Below, piece after piece: positions 21,290-30,054 of a DNA stretch of 64,000 nt (position 1 is the first letter of the stretch; each line of letters begins with the position of its first letter). The notes below the pieces were generated by a model. It was not told the DNA's origin. It ran no database searches and saw only the letters and a program-made list of their open reading frames with translations. The stretch is from Chitinophagales bacterium. Its GTDB lineage: Bacteria > Bacteroidota > Bacteroidia > Chitinophagales > Chitinophagaceae. The translations under genes and the position numbers were made by a program. Where the stretch lies: the NCBI GenBank assembly GCA_031425315.1, contig JANPJC010000283.1:10108-74107 (forward strand), read 5' to 3'.

Positions 21290-21520
21290 CGATTTCTTTA
21301 TTTTCCGGCAAGATTTTTTCCCGGGTGAAATTTTTTTTCGGGCCGCGTAGGTGTCAGACACCTCGAAGCGTTTTGTTTGATCAAATCCCGCGAAGGTGTC
21401 TGACACCTAAGCGGCCCGAAGTTTTCGATTTTCTTTTTTACGGCAAAGGTTTTTTTCCGCTTTGAAAATGTTTTTTTCCCAATAGTTTTGTGCATTACCG
21501 CCGGCAAACCATATCTGCCG
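21290..21520. repeat. inverted-repeat element with two copies of the palindrome GGTGTCAGACACC around a TTGATCAA loop, flanked by T-rich direct repeats
   Basis: Left arm CGGGCCGCGTAGGTGTCAGACACCTCGAAGCG and right arm CGCGAAGGTGTCTGACACCTAAGCGGCCCG are near-perfect reverse complements. Flanks TTCGATTTCTTTATTTTCCGGCAAGATTTTTTCC and TTCGATTTTCTTTTTTACGGCAAAGGTTTTTTTCC. Confidence 0.85.
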
Positions 21521-21622
21521 CCTGTCAGCTATCACCCCAAATTCGGTGAAAGCATCCGGTATTTCCGGTCAGCAGATACCCTTGATCGTTCCAATAATTT
21601 TGACCTTATAAAATAAAAAATT

Positions 21623-22903
21623 ATGAGACGATTCAAAGACACACTGGCCGGTATTATATTTTTATCCGCCTTTACGATTTTATCCTGTTCCAGGAGTAGC
21701 GTTCCGGAGCAATCTTTTAAAAACATTTCAGGTCAAACTATTTTAGAATGGAATGAAATGGCTTACCAGGCCTTCGACGGGCCTGCGTATCAGCACTCTC
21801 TTATGGCTTCAAGGATCAATGTAATGGTGCATATTGCCATGCACGATGCAGTGAATGCCATTGAACCTGTATATGCCACCTACGTATTTAAGGGCAGGGA
21901 TATTTTGGCAGAGCCCGTTACGGCCGCATCAACTGCAGCTTACGAAATTCTTCTGCATGAAATTCCACAGCAAAAAGCAATGCTGGATTCAGGGCTCGCT
22001 GCTTCACTCAGCAAAATTCCTGCTGGTGATGCTAAAGAAAGAGGTATAGTAATTGGCAAACAGGCCGCGCTTGCGCTCATCGCACTACGTAGCAATGACG
22101 GAGCTAATGGCAATCCAATTGCAGAAATTCCAGTAAGTACTGTTCCAGGTAAATACCAGGTTGTACCACCATTTAATTTTGTCTTCGCTCCTTTTTGGGA
22201 AAACGCAAAATTATTTGGCATTCAAAACAAAAACCAGTTCAGGCCTGCAGCACCACCATCATTAAACAGCGAAAGATATGCGCAGGACTACAATGAAGTA
22301 AAAGCAATCGGCAAACTCCAATCTGACACGCGCACAGCAGATGAATCTGCTTATGCAAAATTCTGGTATGAGTTTTCAGAAGCCGGATGGAACCGCGTAG
22401 CGAGGACATTAGTGATGAAGAAACAACTTAACCTGGCAGAAACAGCGCGTTTGTTTGCTTTGGTGGATATGGCAATAGCAGATGCCTATATTGCCGGCTG
22501 GGACGCCAAATTTGCGCACGATTACTGGCGCCCATTTACGGCTATTCGTAACGGTGATAAAGATGGTAATGCTCAAACTACTCCAGATGCAACCTGGGAA
22601 CCCGCGGAGCCCACTCCACCCGTTCAGGATTTTCCGAGTACGCATAGTGCTCTTGGAAATGCAGCAGCGACAGTGTTGGTAAGATTAATCGGCAACAATA
22701 ATTCATTCAGCATGACATCTCCAACTGCTTTACCTGAAAGCAAGGAGCGCTCATTCAGTACAATCTACCAGGCAGCTGATGAAAATGCAAATTCAAGAGT
22801 GATAGCCGGAATACATTTCAGGTTCAGTTGCATGGCCGGACAACAACTAGGCAATGAAATTGGCAATTGGATTGTTGATCATCAATTAAAAACCTTAAAG
22901 TAA
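21623..22903 (+). CDS. vanadium-dependent haloperoxidase / PAP2-superfamily (acid phosphatase-like) protein
   Basis: Lipoprotein-like N-terminus. Motifs YWRPFTAIR, PSTHSALG and SRVIAGIHF match the PAP2/haloperoxidase active-site signature. Confidence 0.7.
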   Translation: MRRFKDTLAGIIFLSAFTILSCSRSSVPEQSFKNISGQTILEWNEMAYQAFDGPAYQHSLMASRINVMVHIAMHDAVNAIEPVYATYVFKGRDILAEPVTAASTAAYEILLHEIPQQKAMLDSGLAASLSKIPAGDAKERGIVIGKQAALALIALRSNDGANGNPIAEIPVSTVPGKYQVVPPFNFVFAPFWENAKLFGIQNKNQFRPAAPPSLNSERYAQDYNEVKAIGKLQSDTRTADESAYAKFWYEFSEAGWNRVARTLVMKKQLNLAETARLFALVDMAIADAYIAGWDAKFAHDYWRPFTAIRNGDKDGNAQTTPDATWEPAEPTPPVQDFPSTHSALGNAAATVLVRLIGNNNSFSMTSPTALPESKERSFSTIYQAADENANSRVIAGIHFRFSCMAGQQLGNEIGNWIVDHQLKTLK

Positions 22904-22985
22904 TTTTTTTCTCTAAAGCTTTCTACAACAGGGAATTTCTGCTGAGGAATTCCCTGTTGTTATTTCGCACCAATCGCTTTCTGAT

Positions 22986-23429
22986 TTGCGTTTTGTTAGA
23001 TACCTTTATTGGATCGTGAAGTATATAAAAGTTGCATGCAGGTATTTTATTCTACTGGTTTGGCTGATTAACGGTCTTTACTGTAAGTTGCTCAATGGAG
23101 TTCCGCGTCATAGGGAGATTGTCGCACGGATTTTAGGCGATGATTATGCAGTACTCCTTACCAGACTAATTGGCGTTGGAGAGTTACTTATTTTTGTCTG
23201 GATACTCAGCCGGCTTTGGCTCAAATGGTGTGCCTTTGTGCAAATTATATTGATTGCCGTTATGAACACCATTGAGATTTTAATGGCACCCGATCTTTTG
23301 CTATTTGGAAAATACAATGGTCTTCTTGCCATCGCGTTAATGATCATTATATATGTTGATACTTTTGTGCTGAATGACAAACCTCGTTATGCATATCCGC
23401 AAAATCCGAAACGTCAACCAATGAGCTGA
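22986..23429 (+). CDS. small membrane protein (DoxX-like)
   Basis: Three to four hydrophobic helices. No specific motif. Confidence 0.35.
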   Translation: MRFVRYLYWIVKYIKVACRYFILLVWLINGLYCKLLNGVPRHREIVARILGDDYAVLLTRLIGVGELLIFVWILSRLWLKWCAFVQIILIAVMNTIEILMAPDLLLFGKYNGLLAIALMIIIYVDTFVLNDKPRYAYPQNPKRQPMS

Positions 23430-23431
23430 TC

Positions 23432-24169
23432 ATGTTCAATTTTTTAAAGAATCACCCCTTCCCGGTAAAAAGTTTTTTTGAGCAGTCATTGGTACTCACT
23501 TATGCCCTACCCATCGAACTGATTAAATCGCAATTACCCCCATGTTTTGTTCCCGATACTTTTAATGATGAATATGGTTTTGCTGCTGTGGCGATTGTGA
23601 AAACAAAATCCTTGAGACCGGCAATGTTTCCTTCATTTTTGGGAAATGATTTTATCCTGGTGGGTTATAGAGTTTTTGTGCGCTATACCAATAATGCAGG
23701 TAAGCGTTTGCGTGGTTTGTATATATTGGGATCAGAAACCGACAAGGTTTTAATGAAAACGTTAGGTAGCATCTTTACACAATACAAATATGGAATTACC
23801 GATATCGAGTTTAGTAAAGAAGGCCCTGAGCTGACAATAATATCGCAACGATCTGAGGTCAATATAAAAGCAAAAACAACGCCTGATGCAATATTGCCGG
23901 AGCAATCACCCTTTGGGAACTGGAAAGAAGCACGCAGGTTCGCGGGGCCGTTACCGTTTACGTTTAGCTACCTCGAAAAAAATAAGGAAGTGCTGATTGT
24001 AGAAGGAATACGCGAAAACTGGGACCCTTTACCCGCCGAAATCTCAACTGCGGAAGTAGGTTATATGGATAAACGATTTCATGGCAACTATCAACTGGCA
24101 AGCGCATTTTACGTAGAGAATATTCCATATCAATGGAAAAAAGGAAGGATTGAAAAATGGCGGCAATAA
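23432..24169 (+). CDS. hypothetical protein (DUF2071-like)
   Basis: Composition and length only. Overlaps the next gene by 13 bp. Confidence 0.35.
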   Translation: MFNFLKNHPFPVKSFFEQSLVLTYALPIELIKSQLPPCFVPDTFNDEYGFAAVAIVKTKSLRPAMFPSFLGNDFILVGYRVFVRYTNNAGKRLRGLYILGSETDKVLMKTLGSIFTQYKYGITDIEFSKEGPELTIISQRSEVNIKAKTTPDAILPEQSPFGNWKEARRFAGPLPFTFSYLEKNKEVLIVEGIRENWDPLPAEISTAEVGYMDKRFHGNYQLASAFYVENIPYQWKKGRIEKWRQ

Positions 24170-24912
24170 AAAGAAAATCTTTACAAGGAGTGCTGCAAAT
24201 TCTGGAATTCAACAGGCATTTCTTCCTGATTGCAATCGGTGTAATTGCCAGCCTTCTTTTTACAATCCGATACCTTCCGACCTCAATTCGTGTGATCGTC
24301 CCGGTAACTATAGTAATAATTTGTATCACTATTTTAAATGCACTTATAGTTTCGTGGTATGTTTACGATTGGTCAGGCTTGTATAATCTTCAATGGATCA
24401 GAAAACGTATCAAAACAATTCCGCGCCTAATATTCAATATTCATGCAGGTTTCGATGAAACAAGCGCGCTGCTCAAAAATGAATTTCCGGATGCAGGATT
24501 AAAAGTTTTTGATTTCTACGATCCTGCAAAGCATCGGGAAATTTCAATTAAAAGAGCGCGCAAAAAATATCCACCTTATCCTGATACCATTAGTATTGAA
24601 ACAAACAATTTTCCTAAACAGGATACATCTGCAGATTTGATTTGTCTTTTCCTGAGCGCACATGAAATAAGAGATGAACAGGAAAGAATTCAATTTTTAA
24701 TTGAGCTGAAGGAAAACCTTACAGACGATGGACAAATAATCCTCGTTGAACATCTGAGAGACTGGCGAAATTTCCTTGCCTACACTTTTGGTGTCTTTCA
24801 TTTTCACTCAAAATTAAAGTGGGAGCGCAACATCAACCTGGCAGGGTTGTGTGTTACACATCAACACAAGTACACTTCATTTATTTCAGTTTATTATTTA
24901 AACAAAAAATGA
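24157..24912 (+). CDS. membrane-anchored class I SAM-dependent methyltransferase-like protein
   Basis: N-terminal TM segments then a methyltransferase-like core (DLICLFLSAHEIRDEQERIQFLIELKENLTDDGQIILVEH). Confidence 0.45.
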   Translation: MAAIKRKSLQGVLQILEFNRHFFLIAIGVIASLLFTIRYLPTSIRVIVPVTIVIICITILNALIVSWYVYDWSGLYNLQWIRKRIKTIPRLIFNIHAGFDETSALLKNEFPDAGLKVFDFYDPAKHREISIKRARKKYPPYPDTISIETNNFPKQDTSADLICLFLSAHEIRDEQERIQFLIELKENLTDDGQIILVEHLRDWRNFLAYTFGVFHFHSKLKWERNINLAGLCVTHQHKYTSFISVYYLNKK

Positions 24913-25310
24913 TACTCCACTTACAAATAATCGGTAGTCTCTCCATATTGCTGGCCCTTTCACATGTAGGGTTTCCAGGTTATTTTAAATGGAAAGATGG
25001 TCTGAAAGATTTGTCATTGATCAACAGGCAGATGATGTTGGTGCATACATTTTTTATCGCACTGACAGTTTTCCTTACCGGGGTGCTAATGATATATAAT
25101 CCAGAAGATTTGCTCAATACCAGGATCGGCAACCAGGTGCTTTGGGGACTTGGAATCTTTTGGGGCATCAGGTTATTGGCGCAATTTTTCTTTTACAGTG
25201 CAGCACTCTGGAGAGGTAAGAAGTTCGAAACAGTAATTCATATTCTGTTTGCAATATTATGGCTGTATTTTACCGTGGCATTATTCTGGATTGCTGGAAC
25301 CACCTTGTAA
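24909..25310 (+). CDS. small membrane protein (start moved to ATG overlapping the upstream stop in an ATGA arrangement)
   Basis: ATG at 24909-24911 overlaps TGA 24910-24912 of the upstream gene. Four hydrophobic helices. Confidence 0.4.
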   Translation: MILHLQIIGSLSILLALSHVGFPGYFKWKDGLKDLSLINRQMMLVHTFFIALTVFLTGVLMIYNPEDLLNTRIGNQVLWGLGIFWGIRLLAQFFFYSAALWRGKKFETVIHILFAILWLYFTVALFWIAGTTL

Positions 25311-25835
25311 AGTGCGAAATACGAAGTGAGAAGTACGAAGTAAACAGCCCCGGACAGGTGGTTATGTTATTGTTTAATAAGAGTGAATGGGTGAATAGGG
25401 CAATATGATAATCGACAGCCGACGATTTCAACTAAAACTTAATCCATCTTCTTATAACTTTTTTCGGGCCACGGGGATGAGCGGAGAGTTTGAGATAAGC
25501 GGAGAACAGCCAGTGCATCAATACTCTGTTTAATTCAAAACCACTGTTTATCTATGTCGCCAAAGAAAATTAAAATAATTGCAAAAGTAAATAGCCTGCA
25601 AATATTGTATACTTTAAATATTTACTTACAACTTTAAAAATGTAACAAAGAAATTCTGTTACACGGAGAAACAGCAGAAGATAAAAGGCAAGAGATTCAC
25701 GGAGATTTCCTCTTCAGATAACAACCAGACTAAATGAACAACATCTTTATTAAATGTATAATTTAAAAGGTATAACTGTATTGGCTGTTCCCTGCTTACT
25801 GCTCACTACTTACTATTCACTAATCATCATTATCT
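25311..25835. repeat. complete composite repeat element with inverted heptamer+core termini
   Basis: Plus-oriented head AGTGCGAAATACGAAGTGAGAAGTACGAAGTAAACAGCC at 25311. Minus-oriented head (revcomp TAGTGAATAGTAAGTAGTGAGCAGTAAGCAGGGAACAGCCAATACAG) at 25775-25822. Internal GGCCACGGGGATGAGCGGAGAGTTTGAGATAAGCGGAG and TGTTACACGGAGAAACAGCAG...GATTCACGGAGA modules. Confidence 0.8.
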
Positions 25836-28387
25836 CTTTCACCGCCTCTCCTGCCACCGCCTTCTCTGTTAAACAGCTGAAAATCGCGGTTACCAAAACG
25901 ATAGGTAAATGTAAGCCGTACATTTCTAACATTTCTTCTGCGGTAAGAGTCCTGGTAAAAACTTTCTGTATCATAAATCTGACCCCAACGATTTGTATTA
26001 AATACATCGTTTATTGCAAAGGTTATAGCCGCTGCCTTTTTCTTGAGGAATTCTTTTCGCAATGCAAAGTCTACAACGAATTGCGCCTTATTTCTTCCCT
26101 GAGGGATCACTTCCATTGATTCATATTGACTGTTCAATTGAAAATTCCAGTCATTAAAGAGGGGCTTCTTAGATTTTGTACCATAGTTCAAGATCAATTT
26201 ACCTTCCCAGTTAAACCCTTCATTATCCAAATCCAGATCGCCGAATGTAGCTTTTACGCGACGGTACTGCAGATTGATATTCGGTATGATTTCAAGATTT
26301 CCAATTTTATGCTGCAATGTAAATTCCGCACCCATCCTGTTTGTGTACTGTGCATTTACAAACGTATTAAGAATCGCATTGGGTTCTATTGCCGCGTTAT
26401 TAAGCTGCTGATATTGCTCCGCTGTAATGGTATCACTGTAACGGGTAATATCGTCCTGGTTATTATGAAAGTATAACACTGCGAGGAAACTTCCCTTCTT
26501 ATATTGTTTACCGTAATTCAATTCAAATGCATTCACAAATTCCGGTCTTAATGCAGGATTACCCTGACTGATATTCAATGGATCATTAATATTAATAAAT
26601 GGATTAAGCTGCCAGAAATTCGGCCTTCTTATCCTGCGACTAAAGTTCAATTGTATTTCCTGTCCTTCACTTAAAGATTTCGTCAGGAAGATGCTTGGAA
26701 ACAATCCGTCAAAAAGTCCTTTGAAATTTTCCGGTAAAGTATAGCCAAACTCCTGCGCACTATCAACCAGAATACCTTCAAACTTTGAATACTCTGCCCT
26801 TAGACCAAACTGATAACGAATACTTTTCCATTTATTAGTATAAGTAGCATAAGCCCCATACACCTGTTCTTTATAGCTCACATTGGTACTCAACGGCAAT
26901 TTCACTTCACCGCCATTTACAAGAGAGTAAGAATTAAGAATATTATTATTATCATTAATGAATGCACGAAGACCCATTTCAATTTTCGATGAATCATTGA
27001 ATGGATTGACGTAATCAGTTTGAATAGTAATTTGATTATTATCATTATTACCATCGTTTCTAACGAATGACGGCTCACGTCCCTGTGATCCATCAGGCAG
27101 AAAATAAAAGTTGGAGATATTAGACTTACTAAATCCTTTGCCGGAATTGTATGTCACGTCTGCTGTCAGTTCCTGTCCCTGTTTCGGAAAATCAAATTTG
27201 TAATTCAGCTGTGTATTGCTTCTATTGAATTCATTTGCAGATAATGCCCTGCGTTCACCCAATAAAGTTAGTTGCTGATTGACATCGAGATACTCCTGAT
27301 CCTGATCTTCAGTATTGGAGAATCTTCCTTTTACAAAATTCTGTGATATGGTAAGTGTGTTGCGATTGTCGATAAAATAATCAGCACCAAAACGTACAGA
27401 TGTAAACTTGCGGGTGAAATCTGTTTCTGAAACCTGGTTGAAAAAATCGGTAATGACACCATTGTCTTTATTTTGCCTTTTAGACTCCCCTTTCGCTATA
27501 CCACCCGACTGATTATAGTTTCCGCTGGCAAAGAAATTAAATTTGCCCTGTCGCATATTCAAACTCAAATTCCCTGTCAATACTTCCGGATAACCAACAC
27601 CCAGAGACAATATTCCATTAAACCCAGCACGCCTGCTCTTTTTCAATACTACATTAATAATTCCTCCGGTAGTAGCAGCATCAAATTTTGCTGAAGGGTT
27701 AGTGATGAGTTCCACTCTTTCAATATCATCTGCAGGTATTTGTTGAAGCGTTAAAATGGTAGGCCGCCCATCTACAAATATTTGCGGACTGGTATTTCGC
27801 AATTGTACATCACCGTTTACATCAACGGTTACCGAAGGAATATTTCGCATGACATCAATTGCAGTTCCACCAGCTGATGTAATACTTTTATCAACAGAAA
27901 ATATTTTCCGATCAATTCCCATTTCCAATATAGGCTTGGTACCAACAATTTTTATCTCCTGTAATTCGGTGGTCTCAATTTCCATCCGGATGTTTCCCAT
28001 ATCATAGGGAGCAGGAGGTAAACCGTTACCAGTGTTAGGTATTTTGACAAACTCCATTTTGGTGGTATAACCAAGGTTCGAAAATCTCACCGCAAAAGAA
28101 TCAGGCATAGCAAAATTGGGAAAATTGAAGTCGCCGTTCGCCTTGGTGAGCATTCCTGCAGCAAGACTATCGTATCCATCGTTGATACCTGCAGCCGCTC
28201 TCCTCATAAAGACTTCTACAGTAGCGGTACCAATACCTTTCTTACTCACATCTACAACCTTTCCATACAAACGGGCAGATCTTCCTCCACGCAACACGTT
28301 GTCCGTTGGCATTTCTACGCCTTCTTCCTGGGCAAATATTGTTGTAGAACTCAGTATGGTAAATATCGTAAGTAAATATGCCCGCAT
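25820..28387 (-). CDS. TonB-dependent outer-membrane receptor (start moved to MRAYLL signal peptide)
   Basis: Signal peptide. N-terminal carboxypeptidase-regulatory-like/plug region, long beta-barrel and C-terminal aromatic terminus region (TFTYRFGNRDFQLF). The stop codon lies inside the heptamer array of the adjacent repeat. Confidence 0.8.
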   Translation of the reverse strand: MRAYLLTIFTILSSTTIFAQEEGVEMPTDNVLRGGRSARLYGKVVDVSKKGIGTATVEVFMRRAAAGINDGYDSLAAGMLTKANGDFNFPNFAMPDSFAVRFSNLGYTTKMEFVKIPNTGNGLPPAPYDMGNIRMEIETTELQEIKIVGTKPILEMGIDRKIFSVDKSITSAGGTAIDVMRNIPSVTVDVNGDVQLRNTSPQIFVDGRPTILTLQQIPADDIERVELITNPSAKFDAATTGGIINVVLKKSRRAGFNGILSLGVGYPEVLTGNLSLNMRQGKFNFFASGNYNQSGGIAKGESKRQNKDNGVITDFFNQVSETDFTRKFTSVRFGADYFIDNRNTLTISQNFVKGRFSNTEDQDQEYLDVNQQLTLLGERRALSANEFNRSNTQLNYKFDFPKQGQELTADVTYNSGKGFSKSNISNFYFLPDGSQGREPSFVRNDGNNDNNQITIQTDYVNPFNDSSKIEMGLRAFINDNNNILNSYSLVNGGEVKLPLSTNVSYKEQVYGAYATYTNKWKSIRYQFGLRAEYSKFEGILVDSAQEFGYTLPENFKGLFDGLFPSIFLTKSLSEGQEIQLNFSRRIRRPNFWQLNPFININDPLNISQGNPALRPEFVNAFELNYGKQYKKGSFLAVLYFHNNQDDITRYSDTITAEQYQQLNNAAIEPNAILNTFVNAQYTNRMGAEFTLQHKIGNLEIIPNINLQYRRVKATFGDLDLDNEGFNWEGKLILNYGTKSKKPLFNDWNFQLNSQYESMEVIPQGRNKAQFVVDFALRKEFLKKKAAAITFAINDVFNTNRWGQIYDTESFYQDSYRRRNVRNVRLTFTYRFGNRDFQLFNREGGGRRGGERDNDD

Positions 28388-28647
28388 GTCGTATCTGTTG
28401 TTATTGGTAAATGAGGTTGAAATCTTTAGATGTTTTGTGACCAATCAACTTGCGCTAAATCGATAATAAAAGCTCATTATTCGCCGGATAAATAAAAATT
28501 CATCAGTAGAACGGTGTGGCTTTAACGTTTATTTAAGAGTTTAAAGTCAATCCTGGTTATTTAGAATCCCAGCCAGATAATCAGCCTCATTATTTTATCA
28601 AAAAACCATTCCCCGATCCAAAAGTTTATGCAGCGATGGTGGAATGT

Positions 28648-29730
28648 TTAAGGTTTCGCCAACAAAATGTTGATCAATTCCTGATCGGGCACGCGATCTT
28701 TATCAACAATACCAAAGGATCCTGATTTATAGTTCCAGTTTGCGTATCCAATTTTGTGCTGATCAAAAATAGATATCATGTCTTTATACCAATTCACTGC
28801 TGAATTTCGGGGTGAACCATCAATGATCCCAAATTCCCCACAATAGAGGGGAAGCTTCAAACTGTCGGCGAGATGTAATGGCTTGCGCATCATATATTCA
28901 AGAGTATCCCTGTTAAATATCTTTTTTTCCCTTTCTGTTGAACCATTTAAAACAATTTCGCCGGGATATTGTACAGTTCCCGCGAAATCTTTCAGATCTG
29001 TCCATGAAGCTTTATAATGACTTAGAAAAAATGGTTCATAAAAATGAAAGCTCAGGAGAATATTTCTATCCCCGGCGGGTATTTTCAACTGATCAAATGT
29101 ATTTGCACTCTGCCAACGATTGGAACCAATTACCAATGTCCGGTTTTTTTCCCAACTCCTGATTGAATCAGAGACTCTTGTCAAGAGAACGTTCCAATGC
29201 TCTGCACTATCTGCCACAGGTTCGTTCATAAATTCATACGCTAACATTGAATTGGGATATTTATTTACGGCTGATGCAAGGTCTCTCCATAATGCTATAA
29301 ACTTATCCTGCTCAGCCGGTTTCGTCCACAGGGGTTTTTCTTTTGCATTAAAGTGATGTGATCGAAGAATATGTAAATCAAGAATTACTTTCAGTCCGGC
29401 AGCGCTGCACCATTGTAAACAACTGTCTAATAAAAGAAATGCATCCGTTTCTCTTTTGCCTGTTGAATCCCATAACTGTTCTTCATCTACAGGCAAGCGG
29501 ATATGGTCAAATCCCATACTGTCAATTTGCATGATGTCAGTGGCTGTAAAAAACGCGGCCCTCTCTGTTCCTCTTCTTGCGCTTTGCGAAAGCCAGTGCG
29601 CAATATTTGTACCTCTGTGAATTTGAAATCCAGCATCAGTGGTCATCTCTTTTGCAGAGTCAGAAGAATTTTCTGAACAGGAAAAGAATATTACTGCGAA
29701 AAATAATACGTAAAACAGGATCTTCAGCAT
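28648..29730 (-). CDS. glycoside hydrolase family 5 (cellulase-like)
   Basis: Lipoprotein signal. GFDHIRLPV and the GH5 acid/base motif EFMNEP. Confidence 0.85.
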   Translation of the reverse strand: MLKILFYVLFFAVIFFSCSENSSDSAKEMTTDAGFQIHRGTNIAHWLSQSARRGTERAAFFTATDIMQIDSMGFDHIRLPVDEEQLWDSTGKRETDAFLLLDSCLQWCSAAGLKVILDLHILRSHHFNAKEKPLWTKPAEQDKFIALWRDLASAVNKYPNSMLAYEFMNEPVADSAEHWNVLLTRVSDSIRSWEKNRTLVIGSNRWQSANTFDQLKIPAGDRNILLSFHFYEPFFLSHYKASWTDLKDFAGTVQYPGEIVLNGSTEREKKIFNRDTLEYMMRKPLHLADSLKLPLYCGEFGIIDGSPRNSAVNWYKDMISIFDQHKIGYANWNYKSGSFGIVDKDRVPDQELINILLAKP

Positions 29731-29739
29731 GGTAAAGTT

Positions 29740-29830
29740 TTGATGTGCAGAGATACGAAAAAAGTGGGAAGGGGGAAGGGGGAAGTGCGAAGTATGAAGT
29801 GCGAAGTAATTAACAGCAAAAGGCAGAAGT
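29740..29830. repeat. orphan heptamer-array head (GTGGGAA GGGGGAA GGGGGAA GTGCGAA GTATGAA GTGCGAA GTAATTA ACAGC)
   Basis: Tandem 7-mers ending in ACAGC, related to the heads of the repeat family. Lies 10 bp upstream of the GH5 start codon. Confidence 0.6.
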
Positions 29831-30054
29831 TGAAAATTTTATTAGTGATAATTTCCTGGGAAGGTGTAATGATACCTGTGTGGTTCATCAACCTGCAATC
29901 AAAAAACTGATTTACGATCAATCAATCGTAGTAAAAGAAAGATATGGTTCAGCAAAGCACCACTAAAAAGTTGACTTTTTTCTTCGTTAGTATCTAAATA
30001 AATAAAACAGCTGGTGAATGTTCACCAGCTGCCGGTTGTTCTCAACAAACCAGG

